Shown here piece by piece: positions 51,826 through 61,221 of a DNA stretch of 64,000 bases. The DNA is from an uncultured delta proteobacterium. Lineage in GTDB: Bacteria; Desulfobacterota; Desulfobacteria; Desulfobacterales; SG8-13. Position 1 is the first letter of the stretch, and each line of letters starts with the position of its first letter. Under the pieces are notes generated by a model. The model did no database searches. It was not told where the DNA came from and saw only the letters and a list, made by a program, of their open reading frames with translations. The stretch spans positions 157,866-221,865 of the forward strand of contig CAVSIM010000027.1 in assembly GCA_963728055.1 (NCBI GenBank), given 5' to 3'. The position numbers and the translations under genes were made by a program.

Positions 51826-52914
51826 ATGACAGATCGAAAGAACAAGGATCAGAGCGCCACCCCCGCCGGCGACACGGCCGCCGACAGCGGTGCCGGTGAA
51901 AATTCTTTCACCAAGACCGCCGCTGCGAGCGCCGATGCGATCGGCATCGACATCGGCACCTCCAAGATCGTGACCGCCGTGAAGAAAAATGACCACATCG
52001 AATATGCCGCGCACCGCAATGCCTTTATTGCGGTGGAGTACTCCAGTTTCACCAAGAGAATATTGAACCAGAATCAGATCAAACATCACCAGATCGACAA
52101 TTCCCTGATCGTTTACGGCGACGGAGCGGAGACCTTCGCGGACATGCTCAATTCCGAAACGCGGCGTCCGATGCGCAAAGGGCTGCTGAACCCCAACGAG
52201 AGCCATTCGGTGGAAATCATCAAGAGGGCCATCGACGATCTCATCGATTCGACGGCGATCAGCAGCGGCAAACTGATCTTTTCGGTCCCCGACGCCCCGA
52301 AAGATGCCCCGACCGACATTATTTACCACGAATCCTTGCTCAATCGCCATTTGTCGAATAAAGGGTTTACGACACGCAGCATCAACGAAGGCCTGGCCGT
52401 CGTGTTCTCCGAACTGGAAGACGAGAATTTTACCGGCCTGGGCATCAGCGCCGGCGGCGGCATGTGTAATGTTTGCCTGGCGTATCTCTCGATACCGCTG
52501 GTCACCTTCAGCATCACCAAGGGCGGCGATTATCTGGACGATGCCGTGGCGTCTGTCACCGGCATGGTGAACACGCGCGTGAGAAGTTTCAAGGAAAACG
52601 GGTTCGATCTAAAACGCACCCCGCGCAGCAGCGTCGAAGACGCCCTGCAGGTGTACTACGATGATCTCATCGTCACCCTGGTCAAGGCGCTCAAACAAAG
52701 CATCATGACGACGTCGAACACCAACAAGGTCGATCGTCCGATTCCGGTCGTTCTGAGCGGCGGCACGGCGAAAGTGAGCGGTTTCAAGGATCGCTTCGAG
52801 CAGGTTCTCAAGGCCGAAAACATTCCGCTGGATTTCAGCAAGATCCGGGTCGCCAAAGACCCGCTGACCGCCACGGCCAAAGGTGCCCTGATGGCCGCGA
52901 TGCACGAGAATTGA
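51826..52914 (+). CDS. Actin/MreB-like ATPase (ASKHA superfamily), orphan paralog
   Basis: Phosphate-1 IGIDIGTSKIV, MreB-like RRPMRKGLL, phosphate-2 GLGISAGGGMCNV and adenosine motif VVLSGGTAKVSGF. The N-terminal segment of about 35 aa is low-complexity. AAAGGAGA RBS before ATG 51826. Confidence 0.8.
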   Translation: MTDRKNKDQSATPAGDTAADSGAGENSFTKTAAASADAIGIDIGTSKIVTAVKKNDHIEYAAHRNAFIAVEYSSFTKRILNQNQIKHHQIDNSLIVYGDGAETFADMLNSETRRPMRKGLLNPNESHSVEIIKRAIDDLIDSTAISSGKLIFSVPDAPKDAPTDIIYHESLLNRHLSNKGFTTRSINEGLAVVFSELEDENFTGLGISAGGGMCNVCLAYLSIPLVTFSITKGGDYLDDAVASVTGMVNTRVRSFKENGFDLKRTPRSSVEDALQVYYDDLIVTLVKALKQSIMTTSNTNKVDRPIPVVLSGGTAKVSGFKDRFEQVLKAENIPLDFSKIRVAKDPLTATAKGALMAAMHEN

Positions 52915-53042
52915 TGCGGATGTGCGCAGGGAAGGGGAGCGCGCCCGAGGGGCATCGCCACAGCCCGGGCACCGAACGGCTGCAGCACGGTTTCCGGCGG
53001 CGGCAGGTCCCGGACGCAAGGGTCTTTTGAAATATGGCGCAA

Positions 53043-53081
53043 GGAATCACGACCATAACCCGGCCTGCTGGTCGTGATTCC
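53043..53081 (+). promoter_or_regulatory. Perfect 12-bp stem-loop just upstream of the amidase start codon
   Basis: GGAATCACGACC (53043-53054) pairs with GGTCGTGATTCC (53070-53081), with a 15-nt loop. It ends 17 nt before ATG 53098. No T-tract follows. Confidence 0.5.
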
Positions 53082-53097
53082 CTATTGACGTATCGAC

Positions 53098-54642
53098 ATG
53101 GCAAACCCGAAAAAGCTGCCCCCGACGACTTACCGGCGCATCATCGAAGAGTTGTCCGCCGTCGTCACCGAACCGGCCGTAAAACTCAAATTCATCCAGC
53201 ACGCCATAGACGAGTACGATCGTCTGCCCCTGACGTACAAGTCATACTCTCCGCTGGCGGAGATGGCCTTTCGCAAACGGCTTCTCGAGCACGCCGAACG
53301 CTTGTGGCCCGGCAGTCGGGAAAACGCCCGGCACCTGGCCGCAACCGGGAGCATTTCCTCTCCGCGGCCCGCAGTCAAGCGCCTGTACCGATTGCGCCAT
53401 GTCGTGGCGACGATGCTGCTCCTTGTCATCGTGGCCGGGTTGGGCACGGCCGTGGCCTCCATCTGGGGACCCGTCACAATTTTCTTCGGTCTGAAAGAGA
53501 AGCAAAATCCGCGCTGGAAAAGAGGTGTCATCAGCAAGTCGATCGTCTATCCGCAGGCGTCGGTGACGGCTGCCAGAGCGCCGTTGGCCGCCACGATCGT
53601 TGCGCTATCCCCGCTGCGCGAACCGGCGCCAGCGGCCGGCGCCAAGGCTGCGGCCGAATTCGCGCCCTATCTGACCCAACCCATCTGGCTGGTCGAAAAG
53701 ACGGAGGCTTCGGAGCTTTACAGCAACAGCCTGCAGATATTCACCGGCTACACCGTCGCCAACGTTGCGCGGCGCTACCGGCCGATCTTCCGCCACACCG
53801 AGTCGCCGTCCGAAGGCAATCAGGATAGCGACCGGATCGCCGGAATACTCTTTCACACGTCCGAAAGCGACCTGGTGCCCTTCAGGCCCGAGATGAACAT
53901 ATCGATCAAGCAGAAAAGCAAACGCCTGATCAAATATCTCCAGCGCCGAAAATCATACAACTACATCATCGACAGGTACGGCCGAATCTATCGCCTGGTC
54001 CAGGAGGACCATGCCGCCTACCATGCCGGCAACTCGATCTGGGCCGACGGGAAGGAATACTATCTCGATTTGAATCACGCGTTTTTGGGGATTTGCTTCG
54101 AAGGTCGGGATTTCGAAGAAACGGAAGCCGATGTCTATCTGGATTCCTGGAACCCGAATACCAACGCCCCGCGCATGCGGCCGCGGGACGAGTCTTCGCT
54201 GACCGAGGCCCAGCTGCGCGCGGGCAAAGTTCTCACCGACTGGTTGCGGGTGAAATACAAAATCGCGCAGCACAATTGCGTTCCGCACGGCCTGGTTTCG
54301 GTCAACCCGCAGAAAAAACTCATCGGCTATCACCTGGATTTGTCACAGGGATTTCCTTTCGAAAAATTTTCCCTGAGCAACAAGTACAACGAACCCCTGC
54401 CGTCGATGGTCGATTTCGGCTTTTCCTATGACGACTATTTCGAGCAGATTTTCGGCGGCGAAATCTGGCAGGGCATCCGCGCTTCCGAAGCGATTTTACA
54501 AAGCCGCTGCAAGCACGCAAAAACAAGCCTGAGCCAATACAAAAGACGCCTGAATGACACGTACGACGCGTACTGCAAAGATCGGAGCGCCGTGAACCAG
54601 CGTTCACGGCGCTCCGCATCTGCTGTGTTGCCGGGCACTTGA
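53098..54642 (+). CDS. Membrane-anchored N-acetylmuramoyl-L-alanine amidase (Amidase_2/PGRP domain)
   Basis: Cytoplasmic N-terminal region of about 105 aa, one TM (VVATMLLLVIVAGLGTAVASIW), then Amidase_2 motifs GILFHTSES, YNYIIDRYGRIYRLV, AYHAGNS, FLGICFEG and HNCVPHG. Confidence 0.8.
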   Translation: MANPKKLPPTTYRRIIEELSAVVTEPAVKLKFIQHAIDEYDRLPLTYKSYSPLAEMAFRKRLLEHAERLWPGSRENARHLAATGSISSPRPAVKRLYRLRHVVATMLLLVIVAGLGTAVASIWGPVTIFFGLKEKQNPRWKRGVISKSIVYPQASVTAARAPLAATIVALSPLREPAPAAGAKAAAEFAPYLTQPIWLVEKTEASELYSNSLQIFTGYTVANVARRYRPIFRHTESPSEGNQDSDRIAGILFHTSESDLVPFRPEMNISIKQKSKRLIKYLQRRKSYNYIIDRYGRIYRLVQEDHAAYHAGNSIWADGKEYYLDLNHAFLGICFEGRDFEETEADVYLDSWNPNTNAPRMRPRDESSLTEAQLRAGKVLTDWLRVKYKIAQHNCVPHGLVSVNPQKKLIGYHLDLSQGFPFEKFSLSNKYNEPLPSMVDFGFSYDDYFEQIFGGEIWQGIRASEAILQSRCKHAKTSLSQYKRRLNDTYDAYCKDRSAVNQRSRRSASAVLPGT

Positions 54643-54748
54643 CGTACAACAAGTACGCCTGCGCGCCCGGCGCCTTGCACCTGCGGCACCCTGTGAGCGC
54701 CGGCAAAGGTGGTGTAAAGCGCAGCGGACCGTGCGATTCTCTGAACGG

Positions 54749-55684
54749 CTACGCGTTATTGATATAAGCCTCGAATGTCTTCAGATCGTTGACGTTGAAG
54801 ATGGTCGCCGGGTAGTCTCTGGGAAGATTTTTACGCAGCAGGCCGGTGAGCACTTTTCCGGGGCCGATCTCGACAAACGTCTCGATTTCAGCCTCGCGAA
54901 ATCGCCGGGTGGCGTCGAACCATTTCACCGGGCTGCAGAGCTGACGGGCCATGAGGGACCGGATCTCATCCGGCCTGGATTCGGTCGCAGCCGTGACGTT
55001 GAACACCACATCGGAGCGGGGCGCGTCGAACGCGACCGATTGCAGAAAGGACGTGAAATCCGCCTCGGCGCCGCGGATGAGTTCGCTGTGCCAGGCGCCG
55101 CTGACTTTAAGCGGAATCGCCTTGGCGCCTTTTTCGGCCGCCATGGCCGATACGGCCGCCACGGCCGACGGTTCGCCGGTGACGACGATCTGCTGGGCGG
55201 TGTTGTGGTTGGCGACCGACACCACACCCTGCCCGCGGCCGATTTCGACGATCTCTGCGACCGCATCGATGGCAAGGCCGATCAGGGCCGCCATCGCCCC
55301 CTTGTTTTTTTCCGCCTCGCGGTGCATCAGCTCGCCGCGTTTGTGTACCAGGCGCAGGGCGTCCTCGGCCGACACCACGCCAGCGGCGCAAAGGGCGCTG
55401 TATTCACCGAGGCTGTGACCGGCCGACATCGCCGGGATGACGCTTTCGCGCTGCACGGCCGCAAGGACCGCCAAATTTACGACCGTGATTGCCGGCTGCA
55501 GGGTGACTGTGCGTGTCAGGTCCGCCAGGGGGCCCTTGAAGCAGAGCTGCCGCAGATCGACGCGACTGATTTCCTCGGCCATGTCGAAGAGTTCCCGGAC
55601 GAAGCCGAATTCCTGATAAAAGTCCTGCCCCATGCCCACCACCTGCGAGCCCTGCCCCGGAAACAAAAACGCCGTCTTTTTCAT
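54749..55684 (-). CDS. fabD: Malonyl CoA-acyl carrier protein transacylase
   Basis: FLFPGQGSQ and active-site GHSLGEYSAL motifs. 311 aa. Confidence 0.93.
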   Translation of the reverse strand: MKKTAFLFPGQGSQVVGMGQDFYQEFGFVRELFDMAEEISRVDLRQLCFKGPLADLTRTVTLQPAITVVNLAVLAAVQRESVIPAMSAGHSLGEYSALCAAGVVSAEDALRLVHKRGELMHREAEKNKGAMAALIGLAIDAVAEIVEIGRGQGVVSVANHNTAQQIVVTGEPSAVAAVSAMAAEKGAKAIPLKVSGAWHSELIRGAEADFTSFLQSVAFDAPRSDVVFNVTAATESRPDEIRSLMARQLCSPVKWFDATRRFREAEIETFVEIGPGKVLTGLLRKNLPRDYPATIFNVNDLKTFEAYINNA

Positions 55685-56193
55685 TTCGCCGTCCTTTGGT
55701 GTGCCAATGTTCTATAAAATCATTGTCCCTGTCGACACTCACGTTTCCTAAAAATGACGTGCGGTCATTTTTACCACATTGTCGACCGGCAGGGTAATTT
55801 TTTTTGGATTTTCGATATTCCAATGATTTATTTTAGAAATCAGCACGATATTTTGATGGACGCGATAGCCAAAAATGGCTAATAAAAGATAATGTGAACC
55901 TGGGAATAAATCTTAAAGCCTATTGACAACCAAAGAGCTTTAAGTGGAGAAGAGTAACCAACGATCCAATCATAGGCAAATCTAAATACGTTCCAATTTT
56001 GCAATAAACAGCCCTTTAAATGGGCCCGCCATTATGCACAGAGCTTGTCGGCAAGGCCGCCGTTCTTTTGCTTCCCGCCCGCCTGCATGGCACACGCTAC
56101 AATGCCTTCCGAGCGGTTTTCGGCAGGAATTACTGGCCAGAGCCTCTGGAGAAGTTTGACGAGGAGAGCAGAGACAATAAAAAAGGAGAAGCC

Positions 56194-56802
56194 ATGAAGA
56201 TTTTGATCATCGGGGGTACCGGGACCATCGGAACGCCGGTCAGTCAGCATTTTTCGAAGCGGCACGAGGTCGTCGTTGCCGGCCGCAGCGCGGGCGACAT
56301 CTCGGTGGACATCACCGATAGCCAATCGATCGAGGCCATGTTCGCGACCACCGGCAAGGTCGATGCCATCGTCTGCATCGCCGGCGATGCCAAATGGGCG
56401 GCCTTCGATTCAATGACCGAGGAAGACTTCTACATCGGCTTGCGAAGCAAATTAATGGGGCAGGTGAACCTGGTCAGAATCGGGCAGAAGGTCGTGACGG
56501 CCGGCGGCTCCTTCACCTTGAGCACGGGGATATTGGCCGATCATCCGGTTGATATGACCACCAGCGCCGCCATGGTCAACGGCGGCATTCACAGCTTTAT
56601 AAGGGCGGTGGCCTTGGAACTGAAAAACGGCATCCGAATCAATGGGGTGTCCTCCGGGCTGGTCGAGGCTGCCGTCGACAGATACGCGGCCTATTTTCCG
56701 GGTCACAACCCCATCCCGATGAAGAAAGTGATCAATGGTTACGTGAAAAGCGTCGAAGGAAAAGGCACCGGCGAGATCATCAGAATGTATGACAACTGCT
56801 GA
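56194..56802 (+). CDS. Short-chain dehydrogenase/reductase-like NAD(P)-binding protein (about 200-aa class)
   Basis: Rossmann start MKILIIGGTGTIG. AAAAGGAGAA RBS before ATG 56194. The track ORF extension upstream has no support. Confidence 0.8.
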   Translation: MKILIIGGTGTIGTPVSQHFSKRHEVVVAGRSAGDISVDITDSQSIEAMFATTGKVDAIVCIAGDAKWAAFDSMTEEDFYIGLRSKLMGQVNLVRIGQKVVTAGGSFTLSTGILADHPVDMTTSAAMVNGGIHSFIRAVALELKNGIRINGVSSGLVEAAVDRYAAYFPGHNPIPMKKVINGYVKSVEGKGTGEIIRMYDNC

Positions 56803-56869
56803 AAAAAACGCGTCGTCAAGCCAGCCTGCCCATTCCAATCGAAATGACTGTCGATTAAACCCGCATGCC

Positions 56870-57040
56870 TTCCGTATTATCAGCCTTGAAATCATTGAAG
56901 AGGCTTACTCGCTGCCGGAAACATTCCATGCCGACCCGGCCGATCGGATAATCACCGCGACGGCACGTTTGAAAGATTACATTGTTCTTACAGCCGACAG
57001 GAAAATTCTGAATTACCCTCACGTCAAATCTGCATGGTAG
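56870..57040 (+). pseudogene. C-terminal relic of a PIN-domain (VapC-like) toxin
   Basis: ..LEIIEEAYSLPETFHADPADRIITATARLKDYIVLTADRKILNYP matches only the last 55 aa or so of PIN nucleases (H.DP.DR.I.A.A....L.T.D). The N-terminal catalytic half and any antitoxin are missing. Confidence 0.55.
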
Positions 57041-57074
57041 AAAAAAAACAGACACGATTTGCCGTAGTCTTAAC

Positions 57075-57364
57075 TGTTTCGGGCAGACCCTCAACTCGTC
57101 CACGAATGCCGGTATATTTTTTATCCTGGCGGGCGGGTATATGTCCGCCGGCGGGGCGGCCATGGTTATGCCTTTTTCAAGACAGGCCCTGACCGCGGCG
57201 CGGACCTCCCCGACAGTCGCGATGGCCATCAGGCCGTAGCTCCCGGCCAAGGCTGCGAGCGGAAAGCCTTCGGGGACGGCTTCCGACAACTTGTCGAGGT
57301 CGCATTCCTGATCCACACCGATGCCATCCGGCCCGGCCTCCAGCATGTAAATTAGCGATTCGAG
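57075..57364 (-). pseudogene. C-terminal fragment of a uroporphyrinogen decarboxylase (URO-D: HemE/MtaA) family gene
   Basis: LEAGPDGIGVDQ...VGEVRAAVRACLEKG...IKNIPAFVDELR resembles the C-terminal third of URO-D family proteins. An in-frame stop lies 7 codons upstream of the first Met. The 3' part of the open frame runs antisense into the PIN relic. Confidence 0.45.
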
Positions 57365-57460
57365 ACCTTATCGGCCAGTGTCCGGTAATGAAGTTCGGTA
57401 AAAGCGTCACATCCTGAAGAAAGCGGCGCCATCCGCGTTTCATGAACTCGCGCAGCGAGT

Positions 57461-58723
57461 TCATTCGAGCTTGAACAGCTTGCGCGCGATGTCCAGATAG
57501 GCCGAGCGCCCGCCCTGGCAGCCGTTGCGCTTGAGGACATCGGTCGGATCGTGCAGGATTTTGTTGATCAGGGCCTGGGTCATGCGCTCGAGGGCCTGGC
57601 GCGCTTCAGCGGGCATGCTCTCGGAATGCAGGGTTTTTACGACCTCCGCCGCGGCGATGTCTTCCAGTTTTTTTCGCAGCGCCTTGATGGTCGGCACGAC
57701 CTCCAGGCTGTCGTGCCACTTGCGGAAGCTCACCACGGCTTCGTCCACCAGGCGCTCGCCCTTGACGGCTTCGCGCCGGCGATCTTCGATGTTCTCGTCG
57801 ATGACCCCTTTCAGATCGTCGATGTCGTACACGTAGACATTGCTCAAACGGTTGATTTTGGGGTCGACGTCGCGCGGGACGGCAATGTCGATGAAAAACA
57901 GCGGGCGGTTGCGACGCTTGCGCAGCAGGCCTTTTACCTGCGCGTGCGTGACGACGAAATCCGTGGATCCGGTGGAGCTGATGACGATATCGACATCTTC
58001 CAGGGAGGCGAGCATTTCCTCGAACCGGATCGGCGTCCCGCGGAAGCGCCGGCTTAGTTCCAGGGCGCGCTCGAAGGTGCGGTTGGCGACCAGCACGTCG
58101 CCGGCCCGGTTGCGGATCAGATGGGCCACCGCCAGTTCGGCCATTTCACCGGCACCGATCAGCAGGACCTTTTTGCCCTCCAGGCTGCCGAAGATCTTGC
58201 GGCCCAGCTCGATGGCGGCGTAACTGACCGAGACCGCGTGGCCGCCGATCCCGGTTTCCGAGCGGATCCGCTTGGCCACGAAGAAGGTGCGGTGCAGCAG
58301 GCGATTGAGCACGACACCGGTCGACTGCACCTGCGTCGCCAGACGATAGGCTTCCTTTATCTGGCCCAAAATCTGGGGCTCGCCGACAACCATCGAGTCC
58401 AGGCTGGCCGCCACCCGAAACAGGTGCCGCACGGCCTGGTCCCCGGTGTGGACGTAAAGGACCTTGTCGAATTCGGTAAAGGCGATCCGGCTCATGCCGG
58501 CGATCAACTGCTTGGCCGCTTCCACGGCGGCGGCGGTCCGGTCGGTGACCAGCACGACCTCGACCCGGTTGCAGGTCGAAAAGAGCAGCGCTTCGCCGAC
58601 CGCCGCCTCGCTTTTCAAACTCGTCAGGGCGGCGGCGGCCTGGTTTGGTGAAAAGGCGATGCACTCGCGGAGTTCGATCGGTGCGGTTTTATGATTTAAT
58701 CCGAGCAGTACGATATCGGACAT
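57461..58723 (-). CDS. hemA: Glutamyl-tRNA reductase
   Basis: MSDIVLLGLNHKTAPIELRE N-terminus, catalytic STCNR motif, and NADPH-binding LLIGAGEMAEL. Confidence 0.95.
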   Translation of the reverse strand: MSDIVLLGLNHKTAPIELRECIAFSPNQAAAALTSLKSEAAVGEALLFSTCNRVEVVLVTDRTAAAVEAAKQLIAGMSRIAFTEFDKVLYVHTGDQAVRHLFRVAASLDSMVVGEPQILGQIKEAYRLATQVQSTGVVLNRLLHRTFFVAKRIRSETGIGGHAVSVSYAAIELGRKIFGSLEGKKVLLIGAGEMAELAVAHLIRNRAGDVLVANRTFERALELSRRFRGTPIRFEEMLASLEDVDIVISSTGSTDFVVTHAQVKGLLRKRRNRPLFFIDIAVPRDVDPKINRLSNVYVYDIDDLKGVIDENIEDRRREAVKGERLVDEAVVSFRKWHDSLEVVPTIKALRKKLEDIAAAEVVKTLHSESMPAEARQALERMTQALINKILHDPTDVLKRNGCQGGRSAYLDIARKLFKLE

Positions 58724-58854
58724 GATTCAATTCGTCGGCTTGAGCGGCGCAGCCGCGGGCCACGATTTCCTTGCTGGGTTGACGAGGTCCGGTGCGGGCG
58801 CCTCGCGGGCGATGTACAAACGCCGCCCTCACTATGGTAAGGATGAAATCGGAA

Positions 58855-59676
58855 TTAAAAAGCCGTGAAGGGCTTGTGGTGTCCCTTGAGCAAAAAATTG
58901 ACGCCCAGAAAAGTGAACAGCAGAATGGCGAACCCGATGATCGCCATGATGGCCGCCCGGCGCCCGCGCCAGCCGACGCTCAACCGCTCGTGCAGCAGCG
59001 CGGCATAAAAAAGCCAGGAGATGCCCGACCAGACTTCCTTCGGGTCCCAGCTCCAGAACCGGCCCCAGATCGTCTTGGCATAGATGAAACCGCTGATCAA
59101 CCCGAAGGTCAGCAGGGTGAACCCGACGATGATGCAGGTGTACCCGGCCCCGTCGAGCATGTCGAGGGACGGCAGGCGCCGGAAGAAAAACCCGGGCGTC
59201 TTGGTCTTGATGGCCCTTTCCTGCAGCAGATAGAGAACGCCGATGCCGCAGGCCAGCGCGAAGGCCGCGTTGCCGATAAATACCGTGACCACATGCGATA
59301 TCAACCAGAAGTTTTTGAAGATGGCCTGCTGCTCGGCGGGCGTGTTCGGCACCTGAGCCACGGCGATCATGATCAGCGCGATCAGGGGCGCCGCGTAGAT
59401 ACCCAGAACCTTCAACCTGAATTTCGACTGGAAGGCCAGAAAAAAGCCGGCGACGGCCCACCCGGCAATGGACAGGGTCTCGTGCAGGTTGCGCGCGGGA
59501 AACTCTCCGGCGGAGATTCCGCTGTAGGCAATGGAAAGGGTGTGACAGCCGAATCCGGCCAGAACGAGAAGGTATCCCGCGCGGTGCAGGTAGTCCTGCT
59601 GAAAAAACAGGTAGGCGAAATACGCGGCGGCGCTCAGCATGTAGCAAAGGATCGTGACGATAATCAGCACTTCCAT
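58855..59676 (-). CDS. Cytochrome c assembly protein family membrane protein (CcsA/HemX-like)
   Basis: 273-aa polytopic protein with Trp-rich motif WGRFWSWDPKEVW. It sits between the sirC-like gene and hemA, as hemX does in hemAX-type clusters. Confidence 0.85.
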   Translation of the reverse strand: MEVLIIVTILCYMLSAAAYFAYLFFQQDYLHRAGYLLVLAGFGCHTLSIAYSGISAGEFPARNLHETLSIAGWAVAGFFLAFQSKFRLKVLGIYAAPLIALIMIAVAQVPNTPAEQQAIFKNFWLISHVVTVFIGNAAFALACGIGVLYLLQERAIKTKTPGFFFRRLPSLDMLDGAGYTCIIVGFTLLTFGLISGFIYAKTIWGRFWSWDPKEVWSGISWLFYAALLHERLSVGWRGRRAAIMAIIGFAILLFTFLGVNFLLKGHHKPFTAF

Positions 59677-59688
59677 GAAACCCTCACC

Positions 59689-60381
59689 TCATCGTGCGGC
59701 AGGATCGCTTTTTTCCATCAGGGTGTCGTAGGTGAATCCGGGACCGAGGACCTCGCGCAGCAGGCGATCGATATCGGTGCGGCGATCTTCGCGAATCATT
59801 GCGGCCAGATCGCCGTCGACCAGCTTCTCGAAGATCGGCTTGTGGGCTTCGGGCGCGTGGGCTTCGCCGAGCAGCCGGCGGCGGATGGCCCCCATCAGCC
59901 GCAGCAGCGCGCCGTACTCCTCACCGAAGGCCAGCTCCAGGTCGCGGCGCAGCTTCTTCGCCAGGGCCGGGCTGCGGCCGGAGGTGGAGATGCTGACGGT
60001 CAGGTCGCCGCGCCTGACGACCGAGGGCAGGATAAAATTGCACAATTCCGGGCGATCGGCGATGTTGCACAGGATGCCGCGCTGTTCGGCATCCCGGTGA
60101 ACCCGGCGGTTGAGCTGCTCGTCGTCGGTGGCCCCGATGACCAGGAACATGTTCCGCAGATCATCTGCGCGGTAAGGGCGGTCCAGCAGCACCAGCGCAC
60201 GCTGTCGGGCCAGATCGGCGACGCGGTCACTGAACTCGGGGCTGACCACCGTGACCCGGGCCCCGCACGCCAGCAACCCCAGGACCTTGCGGGTTCCGAC
60301 GCCGCCCGCGCCGACCACCAGGCAGTTGCGGTCGCCTATGTCGAGATTAACCGGGTAGTAAGGCATGTCGATCCGGTTCAA
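59689..60381 (-). CDS. Precorrin-2 dehydrogenase / sirohydrochlorin ferrochelatase (SirC/Met8/CysG N-terminal type)
   Basis: NAD-binding CLVVGAGGVGTRK and TVSISTSGRSPALAKKLR motifs. Confidence 0.85.
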   Translation of the reverse strand: MNRIDMPYYPVNLDIGDRNCLVVGAGGVGTRKVLGLLACGARVTVVSPEFSDRVADLARQRALVLLDRPYRADDLRNMFLVIGATDDEQLNRRVHRDAEQRGILCNIADRPELCNFILPSVVRRGDLTVSISTSGRSPALAKKLRRDLELAFGEEYGALLRLMGAIRRRLLGEAHAPEAHKPIFEKLVDGDLAAMIREDRRTDIDRLLREVLGPGFTYDTLMEKSDPAAR

Positions 60382-61163
60382 ATTTCAAGACGCATCAGAT
60401 CCCGGGCCAGCACCAGCGGCCCGGAGTAGGTTTTCCGGCATTCTTGTTCAATGTCGGCTTGGTCGCATTCGGGATAAAAGTGGGTCAGCACCAGCCGGCC
60501 GACACGGGCCCAACCGGCAATCTCGCCGGCCAGGGACGGCGTCAGGTGGCCGACGACCTTCTGCGCATCCGGCAGTGCCGATTCGCAGATGAATAGATCG
60601 GCATCGCGGGCGATGACCGTCAGGTTGTCGCAGAGGTCGCTGTCACCGGTATACACCACCGATCGGCCGCGGGTGTCGGTCAACCGGTAGGCCAGGCTTT
60701 CCGGGTTGTGGTCGACCGGCAGCGTTTTGACGGTAAAATCCTCGAAACGGGCGGCATCCGGTCCGCCGGTGTCCAATTCAATGACCTCCAGCATCCCCGC
60801 CTCGAGTTCGATCCAGCGGCCGTACACTCTTTTCAGGCTGCTGAAGAAACGGCCGAAACCCGCGCCGGCGCAAATCGTCAACGGCCGGCTCCGGCGCCGG
60901 CTGTCGGGGTACTTCGTGGCGAAAAGCAGCGGTGCCAGCTCCGCGCTGTGGTCGGGATGGAAGTGGCTGTAGAAGATATGGGACAGCTCGAAAATCGAGC
61001 GGCCGGCTTCGAGCAGGCGCCGCATCGTGCCGGCGCCGCTGTCCAGCAGCACCACGGACGCGCCGGTTTCGATCAGCACGGCACAGGAACTCCGTTCAAG
61101 GGACGGGACGCAGGTTCCCGAGCCTAAAATGGTGACGGTCATCCGGTGTGGCAGGTCAGGCAT
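60378..61163 (-). CDS. MBL-fold metallo-hydrolase (RNase Z-like)
   Basis: HFHPDH metal-binding motif and ILGSGTCVP start. The stop overlaps the start of the sirC-like gene by 4 nt. Confidence 0.8.
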   Translation of the reverse strand: MPDLPHRMTVTILGSGTCVPSLERSSCAVLIETGASVVLLDSGAGTMRRLLEAGRSIFELSHIFYSHFHPDHSAELAPLLFATKYPDSRRRSRPLTICAGAGFGRFFSSLKRVYGRWIELEAGMLEVIELDTGGPDAARFEDFTVKTLPVDHNPESLAYRLTDTRGRSVVYTGDSDLCDNLTVIARDADLFICESALPDAQKVVGHLTPSLAGEIAGWARVGRLVLTHFYPECDQADIEQECRKTYSGPLVLARDLMRLEI

Positions 61164-61221
61164 TATTCTTCACGCAGCCGGTGGGTTTTGCACCCGGCGG
61201 CGGGCCGGTTGCAAAAACGCT

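Noticed and set aside
51826-52914. Actin-like gene as MamK of a magnetosome island
   Set aside because: No mam/mad genes, cation diffusion facilitators or magnetochrome proteins are present anywhere nearby. The neighbours are an MFS transporter, an amidase and fabD.
58792-60429. 545-aa plus-strand ORF spanning the ccsA-like and sirC-like genes
   Set aside because: It is antisense to two well-supported genes, has a low-complexity Gly/Asp/Gln/Arg-rich translation and shows no motifs.
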